DNA of 33,598 bases. Origin: a virus. Its lineage: Duplodnaviria > Caudoviricetes. The stretch lies in the IMG/VR virus record IMGVR_UViG_3300014656_000084, positions 1 through 33,598 of that record; one strand, written 5' to 3'. The translations under genes and the position numbers were made by a program. Of the stretch, positions 25,206 through 33,592 are shown in pieces (position 1 is the stretch's first letter; each line of letters starts with the position of its first letter). The notes beneath the pieces are model-generated. The model was given only the letters and a program-made list of their open reading frames with translations. It did not search any database and was not told the origin of the DNA.

Positions 25206-25946
25206 ATGGTTTCAAGTGGTGTATCAGGTTTCGGTACGCTTTTGATATGGAATTATAATCGTATCCTGGAGATGATGAGTATAGGGGGACCGGCGCAGAC
25301 CAGAGATACGATAGATGTCACTAGCCATGATAGTCCAGATAATTATCGTGAGTTTGTGGCTGGACCTGCGTCAGGAGGTGAGGTGTCTATTGACGGAAAC
25401 CTCATAGTAGAAGACGAGCTTGGTCAGGTGGCATTTTATGCTAATATGCTATCAGGGACTAAACGGACTGCATGGATTGTGATGCCGATGGCAGTCGGAG
25501 CGTCGCTTTTGTTTGAGGCAATAGCGAAGAGCTTCAGCCTATCCGCTCCTCACGATGATAAGATTGGCGTATCTGCGGCGCTTCAGATTACCGGCAAGCC
25601 GACTCTATATGTGGCGCAATCGGCAGGTATGACTGTTCTAACTGGTAAGAAGTATGGCGGGGTAGATGCTGGTGCTGCTCTTGTGATAACACCGGCTGTA
25701 GCAGTTGATACGTACGCATATGGCTGCACAGTCGATGCGGATACGACTGGTGTTTTACTCACGGCGACAGCGGTCGGGCATATAGTCAGGATCCAAGGGG
25801 TGCTAGAAGGGACTGGGGTTGAGACTCCAGTTGCTATTACTCTTAATCCTGCCGGTGAGGATACTGAGGTATTCATTATGGTATATGAAACTCCTACTGT
25901 AAAATCGCCTAGATTGTATGTTTTAACGGTAACTAGACCAGCATAA
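25206..25946 (+). CDS. Tail tube protein, copy 2, with C-terminal cadherin/Ig-like extension
   Basis: Paralog core (DTIDVTSHDSPDNYREFVAG) plus about 105 aa beta-sandwich ending Y.LTVTR. Confidence 0.85.
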   Translation: MVSSGVSGFGTLLIWNYNRILEMMSIGGPAQTRDTIDVTSHDSPDNYREFVAGPASGGEVSIDGNLIVEDELGQVAFYANMLSGTKRTAWIVMPMAVGASLLFEAIAKSFSLSAPHDDKIGVSAALQITGKPTLYVAQSAGMTVLTGKKYGGVDAGAALVITPAVAVDTYAYGCTVDADTTGVLLTATAVGHIVRIQGVLEGTGVETPVAITLNPAGEDTEVFIMVYETPTVKSPRLYVLTVTRPA

Positions 25947-25960
25947 TAAAAGGAGAGAAA

Positions 25961-26299
25961 ATGAATAAAGCTAGACCGGATATCAAGATAGACCTTGATA
26001 GGGAGAGGTCGATGTGCCTTGACCTGAACGCAATGTGTGAATTTGAGAAGGTGACTGGAAAGAGTCTAACTGACGGCTCTTTCTCCGGCACTAATATGTC
26101 AGCATCGGATATTCGTGCCATGCTTTGGGCCTGTCTTCTGGGTGATGATTCCGAGTTGACATTGGAACAAGTCGGTTCGCTGATTTCTGTTGAAAATATA
26201 GCCGATGTAGCGATGAAACTAAACAAGGCATTTGAGGTAGCTGTTCCCCGGGCTGAGAGGAAGAGTGGACGCCCTTTACCCAAAAATTCGATTGGTTAG
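25961..26299 (+). CDS. Tail assembly chaperone (gpG-like)
   Basis: Position between tube and tape measure; DLNAMCEFE...IRAMLWACL...LTLEQVG. Confidence 0.85.
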   Translation: MNKARPDIKIDLDRERSMCLDLNAMCEFEKVTGKSLTDGSFSGTNMSASDIRAMLWACLLGDDSELTLEQVGSLISVENIADVAMKLNKAFEVAVPRAERKSGRPLPKNSIG

Positions 26300-26598
26300 A
26301 CATATGGAGCTTTGGATGCCATAATCTAAGGCTATCCAGTCAGGAGTTTTGGAGATTGACAATGGCGCAGTTGGGTGCTTTATCCAGTCGATACAGGGAG
26401 GAGCAGAGAGGGTTAGACTTCAGGGCTGCTATGATATGTTCGGTGATAGCTGAGGTTAATAGGGATAGAAAAAGACGACCCAAGCCGTTCACTCCTGATG
26501 ATTTCCTGCCGAAAGAAGAATCAGAGGAGCTTGACAATCCGAAAATGAAGAGGGCTATGAAAAGAATCAATCAGATGCTTGGAGGGGAAGAGAGGTAA
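26272..26598 (+). CDS. Tail assembly chaperone -1 frameshift extension (gpT-like), slippery site C CCT TTA at 26272-26278
   Basis: In-frame X XXY YYZ heptamer; the -1 frame is open from there (…WLDIWSFG..NLRLSSQEFWRLT…) into the 26356-26598 ORF. Confidence 0.85.
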   Translation, partial: PFTQKFDWLDIWSFGCHNLRLSSQEFWRLTMAQLGALSSRYREEQRGLDFRAAMICSVIAEVNRDRKRRPKPFTPDDFLPKEESEELDNPKMKRAMKRINQMLGGEER

Positions 26599-26600
26599 TT

Positions 26601-28067
26601 ATGGATGTATTTACACTCGTAGGAAAGATAACCCTCGATGGGATAAAAACGGCTGAAGAAGAACTCGGGAAACTACAAGGGTTATTCGAGAAGAACGCTA
26701 AGACTATCAAGGCTGCCGGCATAGCTATGACTGCTGCCGGCGCAGCTATAACCGGTGCTCTGGCATTATCCCTGAACGCTGCTGCTGAAGAGGAAAAAGG
26801 CATAATAAAACTAAGCCAGGCACTTGCTAATGTAGGAGTGAGTTATAATGAAGTCAAATCTACACTTGAGAGTAAAATAGCTGCTACCCAAGCATCGACT
26901 GCTATAGCAGACGACCAGCAGCGTGCCGCCCTTCAGAGGCTGGTTGAGATTACAGGCGACTATAATCAATCATTAGATTTAATGTCCATAGCTGCTGATT
27001 TATCTGTTGCCAAAAACATGGACATGGGCTCAGCAGCGGAATTAGTCGGTAAGGTGGCTGCTGGTAATACAGGAATCCTGCTAAGGTATGGTATTGTCCT
27101 AAAAAGTGGAGCTACTGCCACAGAGGCACTTGGAGCACTTCAGGCGAAATTTGCAGGTCAAGCCGAAGCATATGGCAGCACTATGGCGGGTCAACTGGCT
27201 AATATCAAAAATACCATAGGAGATTTAATGGAAGCCATCGGTAGTAATTTACTGCCGATTATAAGTGATTTAATCAAGGGCTATGTCCAGCCTGCAATTA
27301 ATGCGATAATTCAATGGGTACAGGCTAATCCGCAATTAGCCAAGACTTTAACGATTATAGCCGCGGTTATAGGTATGCTGCTCGCTGTGTTAGGCCCTCT
27401 GTTGTTAATGTTGCCTGGAATCATAGCTGCCTTACCGATATTGGGAGCGGTTTTTGCTGCACTTACTGGACCTATCGGACTTGTTATAGCTGCGATAGCT
27501 GCTCTTATTGCTATTACAGTACTGGTTATTAAGAATTGGGATACTATCAGCTCGAAGGCAAGGGAAATATGGGAAAAGCTTGTAAGTTTCTTTTCTGATA
27601 TCTGGAGTGGAATAACAAATATATTTCAGGAACATGGATATAAGATTTTAGCTATTATTTTTCCCATTATAGGTATTCCGCTTTTAATAGCGAAGAACTG
27701 GGATATTGTTAAAACAGCGATAGCCGATGCTATTAATTATATAATAGATAAGGTAAATGATTTCATCAATGTGCTTAATAAAATCCCTTTTGTTAATCTC
27801 GGCGCGGTGGGAACTATCGGTGTAGGGATACCATCGTTCGGCAGGGGCGGGATAGTTCCCGGACGTATAGGTGAGCCTGTCATGGCGATGGTACACGGAG
27901 GGGAAACTATCGGCAGAGGATTTACTATGCCGGGAGTCTATGGAGCGAATGGTGAGGCAGTAAACATATATGTCGCTGGTTCGGTGGTTACAGAGAGAGA
28001 TTTACAGAGAAGCATCAGAGAGGCTTTTTTGGATATAAAAAATAGAAATACGAGTACGGGGTTTTAA
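26601..28067 (+). CDS. Tape measure protein (short, 488 aa)
   Basis: Ala-rich helical protein, hydrophobic GPIGLVIAAIAAL segment, KNWD/W-periodic repeats, C-terminal IP.F..GGIV.G....A.VHGGE. Confidence 0.92.
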   Translation: MDVFTLVGKITLDGIKTAEEELGKLQGLFEKNAKTIKAAGIAMTAAGAAITGALALSLNAAAEEEKGIIKLSQALANVGVSYNEVKSTLESKIAATQASTAIADDQQRAALQRLVEITGDYNQSLDLMSIAADLSVAKNMDMGSAAELVGKVAAGNTGILLRYGIVLKSGATATEALGALQAKFAGQAEAYGSTMAGQLANIKNTIGDLMEAIGSNLLPIISDLIKGYVQPAINAIIQWVQANPQLAKTLTIIAAVIGMLLAVLGPLLLMLPGIIAALPILGAVFAALTGPIGLVIAAIAALIAITVLVIKNWDTISSKAREIWEKLVSFFSDIWSGITNIFQEHGYKILAIIFPIIGIPLLIAKNWDIVKTAIADAINYIIDKVNDFINVLNKIPFVNLGAVGTIGVGIPSFGRGGIVPGRIGEPVMAMVHGGETIGRGFTMPGVYGANGEAVNIYVAGSVVTERDLQRSIREAFLDIKNRNTSTGF

Positions 28068-28068
28068 T

Positions 28069-30135
28069 ATGGCAACAATAATTTTGAGACCTAATGCCGC
28101 AGGAGATGAAACTAATATTACAGAGCAATATCCAGTATCGGACAGCCATTATGATAAGGTTGATGAGGTGATAGCCGATGAGGATGCTACTTTCGTCTAT
28201 GAAAGTACAGGGGATGATAACTACTATAGGGATTTGTATAATCTGCCTATTTGTGGGCCAGTCGGAGCGATAGAGAATATAACAGTTTATGCTCGATGCA
28301 GAACCTATGGCGCTGGAGCTACGAGAGTTAGTATGAAAATATCTATCCAAACTGGGGGTACAGTTTATGAAGGGGCAGAGGAAACATTAACCAGCAGCTA
28401 TGCTAATTATTCAAAAACCTGGGCTTTAAATCCCAAAACTGGTATAGCTTGGGTTGAATCCGATATAGATGCTCTGCAAATTGGAATATCATTACGTAAT
28501 GCAGTGGAGCCTCCCAGTGCTCTTTCTTCTTTGTGTACCCAAATATGGGTAGTTATTACCTATTCCGAGACTCCGGTAATGATTACTAGAATAGCATTTG
28601 AAACAGACCCATTTGCTGATACTCCTATATGGGATGATGTTAGCGATGATGTTATTTCCTTTAGTTTCGCCAGAGGCAGACAACATGAATTAGATAGGTT
28701 CGAGGCTGGAGTTGCCACTCTACTGCTAAAAAATGACAATGGTGACTACTGGCCGTTAAATACCGTGGGAGAATATTATCCAAATGTAGATATCGGTAAG
28801 AAGGTCAATATCCGGGTAAGGTATAACGAAGTATATGACAGGTATACTGGATTTATAGAATCCATGACTCCAATATGGTTAAGTGACCGGGGAGGACTAG
28901 TGCCAGTGATGCAGATTAACTGCGCTGATGCTGTAACAATATTCTCCAGAACCCGGCTAAATACGAGTTACGGACAGCAGTTATCGGGAGCGAGAATAGG
29001 AGCAGTCCTTAATACAGTAGGATTTCCTTCCGCCGATAGACAGTTAGATGACGGTCAATTTACAATGATAGCCTCCGGGACTCTTGAGAATGTTCTGGCT
29101 CAAGAGCATATATTCAAAGTGGCAGAATCGGAATTAGGGCTTTTTTATATAGCTCCTGACGGTGATGCTGTATTTGAAGATAAATCGCATCGGACGGTGT
29201 CTCCGCATGATGTCAGCCAGGCTACTTTTAACGATTCTTTTGCAGATATAATATTATCACTCGATGACACCCTATTATTTAACGAGATTAGGCTTACTCG
29301 ACAGGGTGGCGCGGAGCAGGTAGCGACTGATTCTACCAGTAAAGAAAAATACGGATGGAGGTCTCTTGTTAGGTCAGGGTTATACGTAATATCAGATTTA
29401 ATTACAAAACTCTGCGTTTATTACCTGTTAGCCAGGTATGGCTCCCCTGCTATGAGAGCTGAGTCTATTACTATCGAGCCTCAGAGCAATCCGAACGTGC
29501 TATTTCCTCAAGTTTTAGGTTTCGGTATTTCAACACGAATCACTGTGCAGAAAGCTGAGGGGAGTATTGATGCTGATTATTTTATTGAGGGCATAGACGA
29601 GGATTACGACTTGCGGGACGGCAGATGGACGACCAGATGGCAGATATCTGATGCAGACAGATATTTATATGAACCGGAGGCTCAAGTGGAAACATTACGG
29701 CCTGACAGTATAGTAACAAAGTTGAATATGCATGATCAAGCTGGGGGTGCATTGACTTATGATGAACTGGCAGATGGGTTGGATGCTACATATGGTAAAA
29801 AAGAAACATCAACTTCAGCCTGTTCTGTTATATGTAGCCTACCCAACATCGTAAAGGGTACAGTGGAGAAGGTAACTGTCTATTGGAGAGTATCAGGAGC
29901 AAACGGATATATGAGCCTTGGGGTAAGACTAAATTCAGTGAATTATTTTGCATATGATACTGTTTCATTACCTCTCGGCACTTATTCGCATGAATACCTG
30001 CTGAACCCTGCGACAGGTTTAGCCTGGACGTGGGAAGAGGTAGATGAATTACAATTAATTGTGATTGATGTCTCTACTTATGATGTTTATATATATGATG
30101 TATGGGCGATAGTAAATTTTACGCCCAGTTGGTAA
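28069..30135 (+). CDS. Tail tip/baseplate hub protein with duplicated terminal beta domains
   Basis: Follows the TMP; central RGR..ELDRF.AG...L.N..G...P and E.G.FY...DG...F motifs; LNP.TG.AW...D.LQ repeated at both ends. Confidence 0.8.
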   Translation: MATIILRPNAAGDETNITEQYPVSDSHYDKVDEVIADEDATFVYESTGDDNYYRDLYNLPICGPVGAIENITVYARCRTYGAGATRVSMKISIQTGGTVYEGAEETLTSSYANYSKTWALNPKTGIAWVESDIDALQIGISLRNAVEPPSALSSLCTQIWVVITYSETPVMITRIAFETDPFADTPIWDDVSDDVISFSFARGRQHELDRFEAGVATLLLKNDNGDYWPLNTVGEYYPNVDIGKKVNIRVRYNEVYDRYTGFIESMTPIWLSDRGGLVPVMQINCADAVTIFSRTRLNTSYGQQLSGARIGAVLNTVGFPSADRQLDDGQFTMIASGTLENVLAQEHIFKVAESELGLFYIAPDGDAVFEDKSHRTVSPHDVSQATFNDSFADIILSLDDTLLFNEIRLTRQGGAEQVATDSTSKEKYGWRSLVRSGLYVISDLITKLCVYYLLARYGSPAMRAESITIEPQSNPNVLFPQVLGFGISTRITVQKAEGSIDADYFIEGIDEDYDLRDGRWTTRWQISDADRYLYEPEAQVETLRPDSIVTKLNMHDQAGGALTYDELADGLDATYGKKETSTSACSVICSLPNIVKGTVEKVTVYWRVSGANGYMSLGVRLNSVNYFAYDTVSLPLGTYSHEYLLNPATGLAWTWEEVDELQLIVIDVSTYDVYIYDVWAIVNFTPSW

Positions 30136-30154
30136 AATGTGAAGGGATAATGCC

Positions 30155-30427
30155 ATGGCTGATAAAACAGGAAAAACCGATAGGGTATTAGCAGAGGTAA
30201 TAGAGGCTAAGAGTGCTGTACGGCTGCTTGTAGTAAAGCTGTACGGCGAAAATGGATTTGAAGGTGATATAACCGAGATTAAAAGGAAACTAACATTGAT
30301 AGATGAGATACAAGCGCGGAGTAAGATTAATCGGTATATTATAATAGGGATGCTAACCGTACTGGCAGGCGGTGGCGGTGTGGGAGCAACCAAGATTCTA
30401 CAGATAATATCACAAATAACACAGTAG
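30155..30427 (+). CDS. Single-TM coiled-coil protein, holin-like
   Basis: Last late gene; C-terminal hydrophobic YIIIGMLTVLAGGGGVG segment. Confidence 0.55.
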   Translation: MADKTGKTDRVLAEVIEAKSAVRLLVVKLYGENGFEGDITEIKRKLTLIDEIQARSKINRYIIIGMLTVLAGGGGVGATKILQIISQITQ

Positions 30428-30449
30428 ACAGTAATTAAATATGAAATGT

Positions 30450-30482
30450 AACAGGGCGGGTAAAACCCGCCCTGTTTTTTTG
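30450..30482 (+). terminator. Rho-independent terminator ending the late operon
   Basis: AACAGGGCGGGT-AAA-ACCCGCCCTGTT followed by a T run. Confidence 0.92.
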
Positions 30483-30517
30483 TCTAAAAATATATTTTGC
30501 ATTTTGTAAATTAGCTA

Positions 30518-30546
30518 TTGACAAATCGTGATTAATCCTGTATAAT
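30518..30546 (+). promoter_or_regulatory. Consensus sigma70 early promoter
   Basis: TTGACA (30518-30523), 17-bp spacer, TATAAT (30541-30546); AT-rich upstream element. Confidence 0.88.
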
Positions 30547-30581
30547 ATTGATATAGAATTATACATAGAGGGAGAAAGGCA

Positions 30582-31016
30582 TTGACTACACAAGACACGG
30601 TTACCATGGACAGAATCACACTTGAGAAGATAAAATTTGGGATTCAGGAAATGGTTAGTTCCTCAGTAATGGGTGATATGCAATATGAAAGCATAGATGA
30701 TATTGTCACACGGTCCATTATTAAACGACTCACTATTTATCTGTGGGGTAATAAGGTTAATTCCGAAGAACATGATGATATTGTGCATACTTACCCTGCA
30801 ACCATGTGGGAAGAATTGAAGCGTGATTTCTGGCCTGCGTGGTTAAAGCGTAAGTTTCCAGTAAGATATTCAAAAGACATTACCCACCACACAAGCATAC
30901 ACTACCATGTTTGTCCTCACCTAAACCATAAAGTTGACCATGACCACTTGAGTTTTATGATGCGTAATGACATTAGAGTCAATGAAGTAGAAAACGATAT
31001 AGAAAGGGGCTACTAG
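30582..31016 (+). CDS. Hypothetical early protein
   Basis: 144 aa; YPATMWE..K....P.WL..KFPVRY...CPH motif. Confidence 0.72.
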   Translation: MTTQDTVTMDRITLEKIKFGIQEMVSSSVMGDMQYESIDDIVTRSIIKRLTIYLWGNKVNSEEHDDIVHTYPATMWEELKRDFWPAWLKRKFPVRYSKDITHHTSIHYHVCPHLNHKVDHDHLSFMMRNDIRVNEVENDIERGY

Positions 31017-31217
31017 ATGGAAGAACAACCGATAGAATTTCATAAACTGATAAAGAAACTGAGGATATATTTCAAGACCCAAGATGCACTGGCTCAGAAG
31101 CTAAAGGTAACAAGGCTGACAATCAGTAATTGGGAAAGCCAGAGGTCACGCCCTACAAATCGCTCAATACGCCAGGTAAACCGGCTGGCGAAGGATGCCG
31201 GAATGGAGGTTAAGTAA
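31017..31217 (+). CDS. XRE/Cro-like helix-turn-helix regulator
   Basis: IKKLR....TQDALAQKLKVTRLTISNWE....RP. Confidence 0.9.
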   Translation: MEEQPIEFHKLIKKLRIYFKTQDALAQKLKVTRLTISNWESQRSRPTNRSIRQVNRLAKDAGMEVK

Positions 31218-31218
31218 A

Positions 31219-31422
31219 ATGGTATGTTATAAACCAGGCAAAGAGACAGGCTTATGGTTTGAAATCAAATGTATCACCGAGGACATTTCCAGCAAGTCCA
31301 AAAAAGGGGAGTCCTGTAACCATGAAAAGGAAGTACTAAAAGCACTCCTGAAAAAGAAACGCATGGAAGATGCACAGAAGCCATGCGTTAGGCGTGAGAC
31401 ATCGAAATCTGACAGTTTATAG
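31219..31422 (+). CDS. Hypothetical protein
   Basis: GGAGG RBS before ATG 31219 (ORF track start 31195). Confidence 0.55.
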   Translation: MVCYKPGKETGLWFEIKCITEDISSKSKKGESCNHEKEVLKALLKKKRMEDAQKPCVRRETSKSDSL

Positions 31423-31457
31423 CCCTAACCTATAGATTACCATAAGGGAGGTACATT

Positions 31458-31634
31458 ATGGAAGCCGCGAGGGATTATATTTTGGAATGTCATACTGTTA
31501 TTTGTACTGGTGGTATTCACTGCCGAAATGCATCCGCACAACAATGCAGTAGATGTATGTGCGCTGTTTGCTCAAGAAGTAAATGTGTTGCTGAAGCGGT
31601 AAAAATCTATGATTTAGCAAAGGAAAGAGGGTAA
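31458..31634 (+). CDS. 58-aa Cys-rich micro-protein (not in the ORF track)
   Basis: GGGAGGT RBS; MEAARDYILECHTVICTGGIHCRNASAQQCSRCMCAVCSRSKCVAEAVKIYDLAKERG. Confidence 0.7.
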   Translation: MEAARDYILECHTVICTGGIHCRNASAQQCSRCMCAVCSRSKCVAEAVKIYDLAKERG

Positions 31635-31637
31635 ACT

Positions 31638-31841
31638 GTGGTAAACGATTATGAACGACTGCAAGGTAGTGACTGGCAAAGCCTGACAACACCGGAGAAT
31701 TACCACCGAGAAGTTGTTAAACTCAGGGCTGAGATTGAGGAATTGAAGGCAATAATAGAATGTTACCAAGAAGCTGTGCAAGAGGCGGTAAAAATCTATG
31801 ATTTATCAAAAAAAGGAGGTAATTATGAAAAAATGGATTAA
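31638..31841 (+). CDS. Coiled-coil hypothetical protein
   Basis: GAGGG RBS, GTG start; shares EAVKIYDL with the upstream gene. Confidence 0.65.
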   Translation: MVNDYERLQGSDWQSLTTPENYHREVVKLRAEIEELKAIIECYQEAVQEAVKIYDLSKKGGNYEKMD

Positions 31842-32034
31842 ACCGATACAACAAATGGGAGCTTGTCGAGAAGCGACGGCCACAGGCAACAGTGTCAACA
31901 TTGACATATACGAAGTCCCGATAGGGGAACTAACCAAGCTCAGAGATAGGCTCAATGAAATATTGGGTGATAGCCCCATTGAGGAGCTGCGGAGGCAGTC
32001 ATCCTGCTGCTCCGAGCCGTATGGGGGTAGTTAG
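31825..32034 (+). CDS. Hypothetical protein
   Basis: AAGGAGGT RBS before ATG 31825. Confidence 0.65.
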   Translation: MKKWIKPIQQMGACREATATGNSVNIDIYEVPIGELTKLRDRLNEILGDSPIEELRRQSSCCSEPYGGS

Positions 32035-32202
32035 ATGAAATATCTAGGATGGAAACAAGCCGGTTTTTACGGTGTGCAGTGTAGTAAATGCCAGGAAGTC
32101 TTGGTCGGTGAAGACCCTGTGCATTTGATATCAAATGAGGATGGAACAAACGAGGCAAAGGTATTGTGTACCAAGTGCCTGAAGGAGGCAATTAATGTCT
32201 GA
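32035..32202 (+). CDS. 55-aa CxxC...CxxC zinc-ribbon micro-protein (not in the ORF track)
   Basis: GGGGGT RBS; CSKC and CTKC. Confidence 0.65.
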   Translation: MKYLGWKQAGFYGVQCSKCQEVLVGEDPVHLISNEDGTNEAKVLCTKCLKEAINV

Positions 32203-32344
32203 GTTTACCTGTATCATCAGACCGTCAGTCGACTACTGTACTGTGTGCGGTGGTAATATATATCAGATGGACGGTATGACTGCCAAACAACTGGAAGCAC
32301 AGGAAAGAGAAGAAAGAGAAGAAATTGAGGAGGAACAAGAATAA
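32195..32344 (+). CDS. 49-aa acidic micro-protein (not in the ORF track)
   Basis: AAGGAGG RBS; CTVCGG and a Glu-rich tail; TAATG coupling to the next gene. Confidence 0.6.
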   Translation: MSEFTCIIRPSVDYCTVCGGNIYQMDGMTAKQLEAQEREEREEIEEEQE

Positions 32345-32775
32345 TGACTGAACTAAAAGAGCAAATCAAGGTGGTTGCGGATGCACGGAGTAGGGCTCAA
32401 GAATTAAAGGGCATGAAAGAACATCTATATGATGAATGGGCTGAAATGAATAAAGAGCTTCTTACTGATTACGAAGCCGCAAAGCAGGCTATAATAGACG
32501 CTGAGTCGTTACTCCGTGAGCTAACACTCCAAGCCTACAAAGAGACAGGTAGTAAAACACCATGCCCGGGCGTTGGTGTCCGTGAAGTAACCAAGTTGTC
32601 CTACGATCAGAAGATAGCTTTTGATTGGGCAAAGTCTCATAAGATGGCTCTCAAATTAGACGTAACAGCCTTTGAAAAGATTGTGAAAGCAGACACTCCA
32701 GACTTCGTTAAGATTACCACTGAGGCTCAAGCAACGATAGCCACCGACCTGAATAAAGTATTGGAAGGAGAATAA
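32344..32775 (+). CDS. Coiled-coil protein, possibly Gp157/Mu Gam-like
   Basis: N-terminal coiled coil, then GV.VR...KL.YD...A..WA; located near ERF; family call tentative. Confidence 0.55.
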   Translation: MTELKEQIKVVADARSRAQELKGMKEHLYDEWAEMNKELLTDYEAAKQAIIDAESLLRELTLQAYKETGSKTPCPGVGVREVTKLSYDQKIAFDWAKSHKMALKLDVTAFEKIVKADTPDFVKITTEAQATIATDLNKVLEGE

Positions 32776-32776
32776 T

Positions 32777-32995
32777 ATGATAAAAGTTTATCTAAAAGAC
32801 GGACAAGAGGTAACTATTGACAAAGGCATGAGCGCCTACTATCAAAAGGTTATGCGAGATGTCAAGGCAGAAGAAGAAGTGGGAACTGTGCTTGAAGTAA
32901 GAAATAGCGGAACTTTTTATAGCGGAAAGGTTATTGCCAGCTTCAAGGCTGATGAAGTGCTATACTTCACAAACGAAACAGAGGAAGGAGAATAG
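32777..32995 (+). CDS. Small beta-rich hypothetical protein
   Basis: AAGGAG RBS; 72 aa. Confidence 0.72.
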   Translation: MIKVYLKDGQEVTIDKGMSAYYQKVMRDVKAEEEVGTVLEVRNSGTFYSGKVIASFKADEVLYFTNETEEGE

Positions 32996-32998
32996 AAT

Positions 32999-33592
32999 AT
33001 GTATCTCACCTTAGAAAAAGCAAGGCAGTTGTATGCAGGCGCTATCATCGGGGAAGGCGCTATCATCGAGCAAGGCGCTATCATCGAGCAAGGCGCTTAC
33101 ATCAGGAAAGGCGCTATCATCAGGAAAGGCGCTTACATCGAGCAAGGCGCTTACATCGGGAAAGGCGCTTACATCGGGAAAGGCGCTATCATCGAGCAAG
33201 GCGCTTACATCGAGCAAGGCGCTATCATCGAGCAAGGCGCTTACATCGGGGAAGGCGCTATCATCAGGAAAGGCGCTTACATCAGGAAAGGCGCTATCAT
33301 CAGGAAAGGCGCTTACATCGGGAAAGGCGCTTACATCGGGAAAGGCGCTTACATCGGGAAAGGCGCTTACATAATTACTATTCATTCAAAGTATACTTGT
33401 AATATTTCACCGTCAAAAAGTGGTGTGTTTATCCGCATGGGTTGCGAAATTCATCTCGCACAATATTTCAAAGACCACGGCGAGGCACTCGCTAGGAAGC
33501 ATGGTGAACTGGAATGGTGGAATAAGACAGGTGTTAATATATTGAAATATTTATTGATGGAAGCCGAAAATTATATAAAGGAAGGAGAATAG
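32999..33592 (+). CDS. Hexapeptide-repeat (left-handed beta-helix) protein
   Basis: 18 GA[IY]I(GE/EQ/RK/GK) units, then an IRMGCEIH C-terminal domain; AAGGAG RBS. Confidence 0.88.
   Translation: MYLTLEKARQLYAGAIIGEGAIIEQGAIIEQGAYIRKGAIIRKGAYIEQGAYIGKGAYIGKGAIIEQGAYIEQGAIIEQGAYIGEGAIIRKGAYIRKGAIIRKGAYIGKGAYIGKGAYIGKGAYIITIHSKYTCNISPSKSGVFIRMGCEIHLAQYFKDHGEALARKHGELEWWNKTGVNILKYLLMEAENYIKEGE
33038..33372 (+). repeat. 18-bp tandem repeat array (18 full units plus a partial unit)
   Basis: GGCGCT-(ATC|TAC)-ATC-(GGGGAA|GAGCAA|AGGAAA|GGGAAA). Confidence 0.97.

Noticed and set aside
12584-30135. Diversity-generating retroelement or invertase-based tail switching
   Set aside because: No reverse transcriptase or recombinase, and I saw no TR/VR pair with adenine-specific mismatches.
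30518-31217. Classical lysogeny switch
   Set aside because: Only one co-directional HTH gene; no divergent repressor, integrase or partition genes recognised.
176-32191. Minus-strand and nested ORFs in the ORF track
   Set aside because: They overlap well-supported + strand genes or regulatory regions and show no recognisable motifs; treated as shadow ORFs.
33011-33385. Alternative-frame and antisense ORFs over the hexapeptide array, or the array as CRISPR
   Set aside because: The open frames are a by-product of a stop-free 18-bp tandem unit; there are no unique spacers.
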